From contig DBAV01000021.1 in NCBI GenBank assembly GCA_002291875.1, positions 1 to 45,593 on the forward strand: a stretch of DNA of 45,593 nucleotides, given 5' to 3'. Shown in pieces: positions 20,234 through 28,456 of this stretch; the first letter of the stretch is position 1, and every line of letters starts with the position of its first letter. Source of the DNA: Hyphomonadaceae bacterium UBA1001. Its GTDB lineage: Bacteria > Pseudomonadota > Alphaproteobacteria > Caulobacterales > Aquidulcibacteraceae. The notes beneath the pieces were generated by a model. The model was not told the DNA's origin and did no database searches. It worked only from the letters and a program-made list of their open reading frames with translations. A program made the translations under genes and the position numbers.

Positions 20234-21286
20234 TCAGGCCGCACCTTGCCGCACCAGCCGGACGAGTTCGGCCATGTGCGCGGGGTCGGCGTCGGGCGTG
20301 ATGCCATGTCCAAGGTTGACGACATGGGGCACACCCCGGGTCGCGGCGAGGGTGCGCGACACGGCGTCCCGCAGCGCCTGCCCGCCCACCACCATCACCT
20401 GCGGGTCGATATTGCCCTGCGTCGCCAGCGCCCGTCCGTCCGCGCGCGGGCCGGCAAGGTCGCGTGCACGGCCCAGATCGGTCGCGGTGTCGATCCCGAT
20501 TGCGTCCACACCCGTTTCGGCCGCGAACCCCTCGAGGTTCAGCCCTGCCCCCCGCGGGAAGGCGATGACGGGTGTCATCACGCCGCGTGCGCGCAGACCC
20601 GCCACGATGCGGGCGATGGGGGCGACCACCATCTGCCGGAACACTGCCGGAGGCAGCCCTTCGGCCCAGCTCTCGAAGATCTGCAGCGCCGCGGCGCCAG
20701 CAGCGACCTTGGCCGCCAGGTGCACGACCGAGGCCTCGACCAGGATGTCCAGCAGGCCCTGCATCGCCTCGGGATTCCGGTAGGCCCAGGCGCGCGCCGG
20801 CGCCCTGTCCCCGCCGCGGCCCTGGATCATATAGGTGGCGACCGTCCATGGCGCGCCGCAAAATCCGATCAGGGGAACCTGGGGCGGCAGGGCGGCCCGG
20901 GTCGTCGAGACGGCCTCGTAAACCGGCGCCAGGAAGTCACGCATGGAATCCGGGTGGCCCAGCCGCGCGACCTCGGCGGGCGTGATGGGCTCGAGGACAG
21001 GGCCTTCGCCCTCCTTGAACTCGACCTTGCGACCCAGCCCGTGCGGCACCACCAGGATGTCGGAAAAGATGATCGACGCATCCAGTCCGAACCGCCGGAT
21101 CGGCTGGAGCGTCACTTCGGTCGCCAGTGCCGGCGTATAGCAGAAGTGCAGGAAATCGCGCGCCTGGGCCCTGACCGCCCGATACTCGGGCAGATAGCGC
21201 CCCGCCTGTCGCATCACCCAGACAGGCGGTGGGCTGACCACCTCGCCGGCCAGCACGCGCAGGAAACCACTGTCCACCGAATCCAT
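20234..21286 (-). CDS. hemE: uroporphyrinogen decarboxylase
   Basis: PPVWVMRQAGRYLPEYR N-terminal signature, about 350 aa from ATG 21286. The upstream part of the 451-aa track ORF runs into the origin region. Confidence 0.9.
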   Translation of the reverse strand: MDSVDSGFLRVLAGEVVSPPPVWVMRQAGRYLPEYRAVRAQARDFLHFCYTPALATEVTLQPIRRFGLDASIIFSDILVVPHGLGRKVEFKEGEGPVLEPITPAEVARLGHPDSMRDFLAPVYEAVSTTRAALPPQVPLIGFCGAPWTVATYMIQGRGGDRAPARAWAYRNPEAMQGLLDILVEASVVHLAAKVAAGAAALQIFESWAEGLPPAVFRQMVVAPIARIVAGLRARGVMTPVIAFPRGAGLNLEGFAAETGVDAIGIDTATDLGRARDLAGPRADGRALATQGNIDPQVMVVGGQALRDAVSRTLAATRGVPHVVNLGHGITPDADPAHMAELVRLVRQGAA

Positions 21287-21313
21287 CAGAAAGGGTCTTT
21301 CAATTTTTTGATG

Positions 21314-21331
21314 GGAGTCTGTGGAGTCTGA
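21314..21331. repeat. tandem 9-mer GGAGTCTG(T/A) x2 inside the origin, each carrying a GANTC site
   Basis: Read directly: ggagtctgt ggagtctga at 21314-21331. The first copy overlaps the inverted DnaA-box-like GACTCCACA. Confidence 0.6.
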
Positions 21332-21593
21332 ATCTGGCGTGTGGACGGTGCGCACAGCGCGGATTCTCCGCCCCTGATCCGCCCGCTGTCCACAGCCCAC
21401 CCGATCGCGACCGCTCGATTCCCCTTGCAGCACCGACGCCCTAGCCCACACTCCACAAATCGTCCACGAGAGAGGCGGAATGGTCCACAGGGGCAGGAGC
21501 GTGCGGATAACGCGGTTGAGAATCCGGCAGGCAATGCACCGTTGCGCCGTGGGCGAATGTACTCCCCGCAGCCGCACGGGATTCTCCACGAAG

Positions 21594-21608
21594 TTAAGGA
21601 AGGGTTAC
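21594..21608. promoter_or_regulatory. CtrA-box-like site TTAA-N7-TTAC
   Basis: ttaa ggaaggg ttac at 21594-21608, one mismatch from TTAA-N7-TTAA(C). It is the only such site I found in the origin gap. Confidence 0.3.
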
Positions 21609-21787
21609 CGGGTGCGTGACCACCACCTTTCCACAAGCGTCCCTGGCCAAGCCGATATGCCGCATCCTTGTTGGGGCCGGTGGATGACCCCCGCAGTTCC
21701 GGGGCATTCTTCGCCCGTTCACGAAGCAGGCGGCCGCAAGGCTGACCATGGGGGCACGGTGCGCGCGCAGGGCGCTGGTGCGCGGCC

Positions 21788-22618
21788 ATGAGCGCCAAGC
21801 GGAGCGTCGGCATCCACTTTCACGTCCATCTGGTCTCGGATTCCACCGGCGAGACCCTGAACGGTGTGCTGCGCGCGGCGTGTGCCCAGTTCGACGGGGT
21901 CATCCCGCTCGAGCACAGCTATTATCTCGTGCGATCCTCGCGCCAGATCGACCGGGTGGTGCGTGAGGTCGAGGCGCTGCCGGGCATCGTGCTGTTCACC
22001 ATCTCGTCGCACGAGCTGCGCACCGAACTGGAAACACGCTGCCGCGCGATCGGGGTGCCCACCATCGCGGTGCTCGATCTGGTTCTGGATGGCATGAGCC
22101 GATATCTGGGGCTGCAGCTGACAGAACGCGCCGGGCGTCCGATGGACCAGGACTATTTCCGCCGCATCGACGCGCTGAACTTTGCAATGTCGCACGATGA
22201 CGGCCAGGCGACCGAAAGCCTCGAGGACGCCGATGTGGTGCTGACCGGGGTCAGCCGCACCTCCAAGACGCCGACCTGCATCTATCTGGCCAATCGCGGC
22301 GTGCGCGCTGCGAATGTTCCGCTGGTTCCGGGCGTGCCGCCCCCCCGGGGGCTTCTCGAGGCACGGCGACCCCTGGTGGTGGGCCTGCGGATCAGCCCCG
22401 AGCGGTTGGTCCAGATCCGCCGCAACCGCCTGCTCAGCCTGAAGGAATCGCGGGAAACCGACTATATCGACGAAGAAGCCGTGCGGGCCGAGATCATCGA
22501 GGCGAACCGCCTGTTCGAGCGGCACGCCTGGCCGGTGATCGACGTCTCGCGCCGGTCGATCGAGGAAACCGCGGCCGCCGTGCTGAACCTGATGGGAGAT
22601 CGTCACCGTGGCGCATGA
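21788..22618 (+). CDS. pyruvate,phosphate dikinase / PEP synthase regulatory protein (kinase-pyrophosphorylase, DUF299)
   Basis: HFHVHLVSDSTGET N-terminus and P-loop GVSRTSKTPTCIYLANRG. 276 aa. It occupies the position of the origin-adjacent RP001-like gene of alphaproteobacteria. Confidence 0.85.
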   Translation: MSAKRSVGIHFHVHLVSDSTGETLNGVLRAACAQFDGVIPLEHSYYLVRSSRQIDRVVREVEALPGIVLFTISSHELRTELETRCRAIGVPTIAVLDLVLDGMSRYLGLQLTERAGRPMDQDYFRRIDALNFAMSHDDGQATESLEDADVVLTGVSRTSKTPTCIYLANRGVRAANVPLVPGVPPPRGLLEARRPLVVGLRISPERLVQIRRNRLLSLKESRETDYIDEEAVRAEIIEANRLFERHAWPVIDVSRRSIEETAAAVLNLMGDRHRGA

Positions 22619-23261
22619 CACCGCAGCACCTGCCACACGGCCCCTCGTCGCGGCAGCTGTGGATGCCGACCGCCAGATCGTCCTTGCTTCGGGCAGCCGC
22701 ACCCGCGCCGCGATGCTGGAGGCTGCGGGGGTGGCGTTCACCGTCGTGCGTCCCCCTGTCGATGAGGAGGCAATCAAGCAGGGCCTTCGCGCCGAGGGCC
22801 TGACACCACGCCAGCAGGTCGATGCCCTCGCCGAGGTCAAGGCGGTGCGCGTATCGGCGCGCACGCGCGGTTTCGTGATCGGCGCCGACCAGATGCTGGT
22901 GCTGGGGGACCGCGTCTTCGACAAACCCCCTGATCGCGCCGCCGCGCTGGATACGCTGAGGGCGCTGCGCGGGCGATCGCACGAATTGCTGACTGCCCAG
23001 GTGATTGCCAAGGATGGGGCGCCGATCTGGCGGATGGTGGTGCCCGCGCGCCTGACGGTCCGCGACTTCTCGGATGACTTTGCAGCGGCCTATCTGGACG
23101 CGCTGGGCGAGCGGGCACTGGACAGTGTTGGCGCCTATCAGATCGAGGGTCTGGGCGCGCACCTGTTCTCGCGGATCGATGGCGACGTGTTCACCATCCA
23201 AGGCCTGTCACTGCTCGCGGTGCTGGATTTTCTGCGCCAGCACGCCGTGGTGCCGCGTTGA
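22608..23261 (+). CDS. maf: Maf-like nucleoside triphosphate pyrophosphatase
   Basis: IVLASGSRTRAAML motif and GAYQIEGLGA near the C-terminus. GTG start overlaps the upstream gene by 11 nt. Confidence 0.85.
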   Translation: MAHDTAAPATRPLVAAAVDADRQIVLASGSRTRAAMLEAAGVAFTVVRPPVDEEAIKQGLRAEGLTPRQQVDALAEVKAVRVSARTRGFVIGADQMLVLGDRVFDKPPDRAAALDTLRALRGRSHELLTAQVIAKDGAPIWRMVVPARLTVRDFSDDFAAAYLDALGERALDSVGAYQIEGLGAHLFSRIDGDVFTIQGLSLLAVLDFLRQHAVVPR

Positions 23262-24142
23262 GGCGGCCCCCGCCGGACGACGAAGGCGGGGCGCGCGAGC
23301 GCGACTATGCCGTCATCGGCGATCCGGTCGCGCACTCGCTGTCGCCGGTGATCCAGCAGGGCTGGCTGGACGATCATGGCATCGCTGCGCGCTATGACCG
23401 CGTCCGTCTGGTCGGTGCGGACCCGGTCCTTGACCTGGATGAGCTGTCGCGCCGGTTTGCCGGGCTCAACGTGACGCTGCCCCACAAGGAGGCCGCGCTG
23501 GCGTGCGCCCGCGAGGCCAGCGATGCGGCACGCGCAATCGGTGCCGCCAACACCCTGGTGCCGTTTGCCGGTGGCGGCTGGCGTGCCGAGAACACCGACG
23601 CACCCGGTTTTCTTGCGGCGCTGATGGCCGAGGCGGGTGACCTTCTGCCGCAAACAGGCGGTCGAGCCGTGGTGGCCGGCGCCGGGGGAAGCGCGCGGGC
23701 CATCGTCTGGGCCCTCGCGAACCACGGATTTGCCGATGTGGCGGTGGTGAACCGCACGGTGGCCCGTGCACGGACCATGGTCGGCGGCCTGGGCGTGGGG
23801 CGTGTTCTCGATGGCGTCGACCCGGCGCGCGAGGCCCTGGGCGATGCCGACCTGTTCGTGAACACCACCAGCGTCGGGATGGGCGGCGATGGCGGCGTGA
23901 TCATCGGCGTCGACGCCCTGCCAGCGTCCGCAGTGGTTGCCGATATTGTCTATGTGCCGTTGGAAACCCCGCTTCTGGCGGCGGCGCGGGCCCGGGGGCT
24001 GGTCGGCGTGGATGGCCTTGGCATGCTGGTGCATCAGGCGGCCCTTGCCTTCGAACTCTGGCATGGCGTTCGGCCCGATCCCGCGATTGGCCGTGCGCGG
24101 GCGCTGGAGGCCCTGGCTCTGCGGGCGCGCGCACCGTGCTGA
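23258..24142 (+). CDS. aroE: shikimate dehydrogenase
   Basis: [32 protein letters not shown] and [13 protein letters not shown] motifs. TTG 23258 is the only in-frame start upstream of the conserved N-terminus (TTGA overlap with maf). Confidence 0.85.
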   Translation: MRRPPPDDEGGARERDYAVIGDPVAHSLSPVIQQGWLDDHGIAARYDRVRLVGADPVLDLDELSRRFAGLNVTLPHKEAALACAREASDAARAIGAANTLVPFAGGGWRAENTDAPGFLAALMAEAGDLLPQTGGRAVVAGAGGSARAIVWALANHGFADVAVVNRTVARARTMVGGLGVGRVLDGVDPAREALGDADLFVNTTSVGMGGDGGVIIGVDALPASAVVADIVYVPLETPLLAAARARGLVGVDGLGMLVHQAALAFELWHGVRPDPAIGRARALEALALRARAPC

Positions 24143-24759
24143 TCCTGGGGCTGACCGGTTCGATCGGCATGGGCAAGAGCACCACCGCCGCGCTGTTTCG
24201 CGAAGCCGGCGTGCCCGTGTACGATGCCGATGCGGCGGCCCACGCGCTGTATGCACGGGGCGGCGCCGCTGTCGCACCGCTGGCTGCGGCCTTTCCCGGC
24301 GTGGTGATTGACGGCGCCGTGGACCGCGAAAGGCTGTCGGCTTTGGTGCTGGGCAATGCCGAGGCGATGGCGCGCCTCGAGGCCATCGTGCACCCGCTGG
24401 TCGGCCAGGCGCAGGCCGATTTCCTGGCGACCGAGCGCGCGAGGGGCACTCCCATCGTGGTTCTGGACATCCCCCTGCTGTTCGAGCGCGGCGGAGCAGC
24501 GCGGGTCGATTCCATCGTGGTGGTCAGCGCGCCGCCCGAGGTTCAGAGGGCGCGGGTGCTGGCGCGGGCCGGCATGACACCTGAAAAGCTGGACGCCATC
24601 CTGGCGCGACAGATGCCCGACGCCGACAAGCGCGCCCGCGCCGACTTCGTGATCGAAACGGGGAACGGCATCGAGGCTGCGCGTTCCCAGGTGCATCAGG
24701 TGCTGGACGCCCTCACCACATCGAGTCAAGGCTCGGGACATGGCGGACGCGAATCGTGA
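24136..24759 (+). CDS. coaE: dephospho-CoA kinase
   Basis: [15 protein letters not shown]-loop at the N-terminus. 207 aa. Confidence 0.9.
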   Translation: MLILGLTGSIGMGKSTTAALFREAGVPVYDADAAAHALYARGGAAVAPLAAAFPGVVIDGAVDRERLSALVLGNAEAMARLEAIVHPLVGQAQADFLATERARGTPIVVLDIPLLFERGGAARVDSIVVVSAPPEVQRARVLARAGMTPEKLDAILARQMPDADKRARADFVIETGNGIEAARSQVHQVLDALTTSSQGSGHGGRES

Positions 24760-25447
24760 AATCGTTTTCGACACCGAAACCACCGGCATCAGGACGTCCG
24801 AGGGCCACCGCCTGATCGAAGTGGGCTGTGTCGAGCTGGTGAACATGCTGCCGACGGGCCGCGTGTTCCACGCCTACATCAACCCCGAGCGAGACGTGCC
24901 CGAAAACGCGACGCGCGTGCACGGCATTCGCCTGGCCGACCTGATCGACAAGCCGCCCTTTCGGGATCCGGCGATCTGCGACCGCCTGCTGGCCTTCATC
25001 GGTGACAGCCCGCTGGTCGCGCACAATGCGGCCTTCGACCGTGAACACCTGAATGCCGAATTCGCGCGCATCGGGCATCCGGGGATCCCCGCCGAACGCT
25101 GGATCGACAGCCTGGAGCTGGCGCGCAAGCGGTTTCCCGGCGCGGCGAACAACCTCGATGCGCTGTGCAAGCGCTTTCGCATCGACCTCTCCGAGCGCAC
25201 GGTCCATGGCGCCCTGCTGGATGCGCGCCTGCTGGCAGAGGTCTATCTCGAGCTGAGGGGTGGTCGGACCCGCATGCTGGAACTCGAGAGCGAGGACGCC
25301 GAAGGGGCACGGGCGCGCCGTACGCCCCTGCCGCCCCGCCCGCGACCACGCCCTCCTCTGCTGTCCGACGCCGAGCGGGCCGCCCATGCAGCCTTCGTCG
25401 CCGAAATGGGCGACAAGGCATTGTGGCACAAGATCAGCGGCCACTGA
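24740..25447 (+). CDS. dnaQ: DNA polymerase III epsilon subunit (3'-5' proofreading exonuclease)
   Basis: Exo [10 protein letters not shown], Exo [11 protein letters not shown], Exo [17 protein letters not shown]. Confidence 0.9.
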   Translation: MADANREIVFDTETTGIRTSEGHRLIEVGCVELVNMLPTGRVFHAYINPERDVPENATRVHGIRLADLIDKPPFRDPAICDRLLAFIGDSPLVAHNAAFDREHLNAEFARIGHPGIPAERWIDSLELARKRFPGAANNLDALCKRFRIDLSERTVHGALLDARLLAEVYLELRGGRTRMLELESEDAEGARARRTPLPPRPRPRPPLLSDAERAAHAAFVAEMGDKALWHKISGH

Positions 25448-25495
25448 AAAAGCCTTGCGCGCAAAGGGCGTTCCGGCCGCAATCGCTGACCGTCC

Positions 25496-26473
25496 CTAGG
25501 GCAGCAGCGCAATCGTGCCGGCATGGGCGCGGCTCTCGATCAGGCGGTGGGCGTCCGCCGCGTCGGCCAGTTCCAGGGTCCGCGGTGTCGGCAGTGTGAC
25601 CACCCCGCGCAGGACCATGTCGAACAGGTGGCCAGCCGTCTCCTCCAGCAAGGCCCGCGTGCGCACATAGTGCATCAGCGTCGGTCGGGTCAGGAACAGC
25701 GACCCCTTGACGGCCAGCAGGCCCGGGTCGACCGGTGGCACGGGGCCCGAGGCATTTCCATAGCTGACCATAGTGCCGGTCGGCCGCAGGCTGTCCAGGC
25801 TCTCGGCAAAGGTGTCGCGGCCTACCGAGTCGTACACCACCGCCACGCCCTCGCCCCCCGTGAGCCGCCGCGCCTGGGCGGCGATGTCGTCCTCGCCGCG
25901 CACCAGCACATGGGTTGCGCCCGCCGCCAGGGCGACATCCGCCTTGGGTCTCGAGCCGACCACCGCGATTGTTTCGGCACCGAGATGACGCGCCCATTGC
26001 AACAGGATCTGGCCGACGCCGCCCGCCGCGGCCTGCACCAGGATGCTGTCGCCCCGCTGCACCGGAAACGTGGCCTCAAGCAGATAGCGCGCGGTCATGC
26101 CCTTCAGCAGGCCGGTTGCCAGCGCGACGGGATCGATGCCGTCAGGCACCGCGACTGCCCGCGCTGCCGGCACATTGGCCAGCGTTGCATAGGCGCCCAG
26201 TGGCCCCGTCGCATAGCCCAGGCGCTGGCCGATCGAGACGTCCTCGACGCCGTCGCCGAGCGCCTCGACGATGCCGACCGCTTCCAGTCCAAGGCCCGAG
26301 GGCAGCGGAACCGGATAGAGCCCGGTCCGGTGATAGGTGTCGATGAAGTTCACCCCGATCGCCTCATGCCGGAGGGTCACTTCACCGCACCCGGGGGGCG
26401 GCGGTCGATGATCCACCACCTCCAGCACCTCGGGTCCGCCCGTGCGGGCAAAGCGGATCGCAATCGGGGTCAT
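25496..26473 (-). CDS. NADPH:quinone oxidoreductase (zeta-crystallin-type MDR)
   Basis: 325 aa, GVNFIDTYHRTGLYP and AAAGGVG nucleotide-binding motif, no zinc ligands. Confidence 0.85.
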   Translation of the reverse strand: MTPIAIRFARTGGPEVLEVVDHRPPPPGCGEVTLRHEAIGVNFIDTYHRTGLYPVPLPSGLGLEAVGIVEALGDGVEDVSIGQRLGYATGPLGAYATLANVPAARAVAVPDGIDPVALATGLLKGMTARYLLEATFPVQRGDSILVQAAAGGVGQILLQWARHLGAETIAVVGSRPKADVALAAGATHVLVRGEDDIAAQARRLTGGEGVAVVYDSVGRDTFAESLDSLRPTGTMVSYGNASGPVPPVDPGLLAVKGSLFLTRPTLMHYVRTRALLEETAGHLFDMVLRGVVTLPTPRTLELADAADAHRLIESRAHAGTIALLP

Positions 26474-26500
26474 GGTGACGTCCTCATAGCGCGGGCCTGC

Positions 26501-27418
26501 TCAACGTACCGGAGGGCGGCCGCAACGCGTTGCCGTGCCGTCCCTGCCTGCGGCCACCAGTGCGGCGTAGGCTTCGCGTGGGCGGTCGCTGGCCAGAATG
26601 GCGGCCCCATCCGCGACCAGCCTCGCATACACTGTATCGTCACCGCTGGCTGCGGCCTGGCGGTCGATGCCCTCGCGTCCCAGCGTGCCAAAGATCGGCT
26701 CCACACCCCTCGCGCGCAGGGCAGCCCACAGATCGGGGCGCGGAGCGCGCGTGCCGGTCCAGGCCAGCACCCGGTTCAGCGGAACGCCGGCGCCGGCCAG
26801 TGTATCGACCTCCGACGCCGCGTCGATGCTGACCGAGATCATCGCATCGGGCATGGCGCGGTGAACCTGTGCGGCCTGCTCGAGCGAATAGGTGATGATG
26901 ACCACATCGTCCGAAAGGCCCACCGCGGCCAGTTCGCGCGCCACCGCCTCGGGCGAGGCCCCGTCCTTGAAATCCAGTTGCAGCACCACGCGCCCGCCCG
27001 CCTCGTACAGCATGCGCCGCAGGGTGGGCGGCGACCAGGCGGTCACCGAACCGTCGGGCGCTTCGAGGCGCAGGGACGTGACGTCGGCGACACTGGCGGC
27101 CAGTACCGGCCCCGTGCCCGTGGTCGTACGATCCAGCGTGTCATCGTGCATCATCACAAGCCCGTCGCGGGCCCCGGCCACCTCCAGTTCTGCCAGCATG
27201 GGCATAGCCGACGCCGTGGCCATGACGGTTTCGACCGCGTTTTCCGGCAGTGCACCCCCATAGCCCCCCCGATGGGCGCCGATGATCGCGCCGCCCTCGG
27301 TGCGCAGGCAGTCGAACCAGACCGACAGCGCGGTTTCGGCGGCCGGTCGCGGCGTCTGGGTTGCGCACGCGGACAGCGACAGGGCGGCCGCCAGCGCCAG
27401 TGCAGCGCGCCCGCTCAC
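26501..27418 (-). CDS. glycerophosphodiester phosphodiesterase-family lipoprotein
   Basis: Lipobox LSLSAC, GAHRGG and PENAVE GDPD motifs, HDDTLDRTT. GTG start overlaps the upstream stop (GTGA). Confidence 0.7.
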   Translation of the reverse strand: MSGRAALALAAALSLSACATQTPRPAAETALSVWFDCLRTEGGAIIGAHRGGYGGALPENAVETVMATASAMPMLAELEVAGARDGLVMMHDDTLDRTTTGTGPVLAASVADVTSLRLEAPDGSVTAWSPPTLRRMLYEAGGRVVLQLDFKDGASPEAVARELAAVGLSDDVVIITYSLEQAAQVHRAMPDAMISVSIDAASEVDTLAGAGVPLNRVLAWTGTRAPRPDLWAALRARGVEPIFGTLGREGIDRQAAASGDDTVYARLVADGAAILASDRPREAYAALVAAGRDGTATRCGRPPVR

Positions 27419-28107
27419 GTCAGGTTCGCCGCGAAAAAGTCGGCGGTGCGTCCATTCGCCAGGGCCGCGGCGGCGGCGCTGTAGTGCGCCCCACCCGGGC
27501 GCGCAAACGCGTGATCCTCGCCCTCATAGACATGCAGCGTGACCGACGGGTGGGCGCCCAGCGCCTCGCGGATCGCCGCCTGGGCCGCCGGGGGGACATA
27601 TTCGTCCTTGGCGGCGACATGCATCATCAGCGGGCGCTTGATCCCGCCTGCCTCGCCAAGCCGCTGGTCGATCGAGACACCATAATAGGATACGCTGGCA
27701 TCCGCGTCGGTACGGCACGCCGTCAGGAAGGCCAGCAGCCCGCCCAGGCAGTATCCAACGGCGCCCACCTTGCCGCCGCCGACCATCTCGCGCGCGGTGG
27801 CGATGGTGCTGGCGATGTCGCGCACGCCCGCATCGACATCAAAGGCCTTGAAGTAGGAAAACGCCTGCTCCCACTCTGCCGGCGTGCGATCGGTGATGTC
27901 GATGCCGGGCTGGATTCGCCAGAACAGGTCGGGTGCGACGGCCAGATAGCCCTGCGCGGCAAGGCCGTCGGCAACCTCGCGCATCACCGCGTTCACCCCG
28001 AAGATTTCCTGGATGGCGACCACGGCGGCTCTGGGCGTGCCGGCCGGGCGGGCGACATAGGCCGAGAAGGTGCCGTCGGGGGTGCGGATCTGGATCGATT
28101 CTGGCAT
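27415..28107 (-). CDS. dienelactone hydrolase family protein (carboxymethylenebutenolidase-like)
   Basis: 230 aa, AVVAIQEIFGVN, nucleophile elbow GYCLGG, C-terminal DHAF. Confidence 0.85.
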   Translation of the reverse strand: MPESIQIRTPDGTFSAYVARPAGTPRAAVVAIQEIFGVNAVMREVADGLAAQGYLAVAPDLFWRIQPGIDITDRTPAEWEQAFSYFKAFDVDAGVRDIASTIATAREMVGGGKVGAVGYCLGGLLAFLTACRTDADASVSYYGVSIDQRLGEAGGIKRPLMMHVAAKDEYVPPAAQAAIREALGAHPSVTLHVYEGEDHAFARPGGAHYSAAAAALANGRTADFFAANLT

Positions 28108-28207
28108 GGAGGGCTCCGGATGGACTGGACGGACGCGGCCCGATCCATAGCGGTCGCTCTTGACGGGTCAACGCACGCCGCGTTCAGGTCCACAGCGGAG
28201 AACCATC

Positions 28208-28456
28208 ATGAAGATGAGCATCGAGGTCGAGTGCACCCCCGAGGAGGCGCGTCGCTTTCTGGGCCTGCCCGATCTGTCCCCCCTGAATGATCGCCTGGTC
28301 GAGGCCGTGGCCGAGCGGATGGAAGACAACATGAACGCCTTGCGGCCCGACCAGTTTGTCAAAACGTGGTTCGAGACCGGCGCCCAGGCTCAGGACACCT
28401 TCATGCGCCTGATGGACGCCTCGCTGCGGTCGGCCGCGCCACCTGCCAAGAAGTGA
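28208..28456 (+). CDS. small conserved-looking hypothetical protein preceding mnmE
   Basis: 82 aa from ATG 28208 (GGAG at 28197-28200): MKMSIEVECTPEEARRFLGLPDLSPLNDRLVEAV.... The stop overlaps the mnmE GTG (GTGA). From memory it resembles the small DUF-type protein (possibly DUF6489) found before mnmE in other alphaproteobacteria; this is unverified. Confidence 0.5.
   Translation: MKMSIEVECTPEEARRFLGLPDLSPLNDRLVEAVAERMEDNMNALRPDQFVKTWFETGAQAQDTFMRLMDASLRSAAPPAKK

Larger units (their letters stand above)
21287..21787. other. chromosomal replication origin (oriC/Cori-type) between hemE and the DUF299 kinase gene
   Basis: Largest non-coding gap in the window. About ten TCCAC-core DnaA-box-like 9-mers on both strands, eight GANTC sites spanning 21279-21584, a small AT-rich patch at 21297-21313, and the conserved hemE | ori | kinase-maf-aroE-coaE-dnaQ synteny. 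Confidence 0.7.

Noticed and set aside
21286-21813. ORFs inside the hemE/kinase gap (175 aa minus strand; 92 aa and 103 aa plus strand)
   Set aside because: They overlap each other and the DnaA-box/GANTC cluster, lack RBS-like sequences and have implausible composition. The region is better explained as oriC plus divergent promoters.
25453-25467. Palindrome CCTTGCGCGCAAAGG between convergent dnaQ and the qor-like gene, considered as a bidirectional terminator
   Set aside because: A realistic hairpin has only about a 4-bp stem once a loop is allowed, and there are no flanking T/A tracts. It is too weak to annotate.
25523-27484. 653-aa plus-strand ORF spanning the qor-like and GDPD genes; similar long antisense ORFs occur at 3405-5030, 5073-6656, 10537-12090 and 21719-23011
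   Set aside because: All lie opposite ORFs with clear family motifs, have Arg/Gly/Pro-dominated composition and cross gene boundaries of the opposite strand. I interpret them as GC-driven open frames.
28187-28195. GGTCCACAG, identical to one origin DnaA-box-like motif, upstream of the small ORF/mnmE operon
   Set aside because: This is a single isolated occurrence. With a degenerate 9-mer it is compatible with chance, so it is not enough to call a DnaA-regulated promoter.
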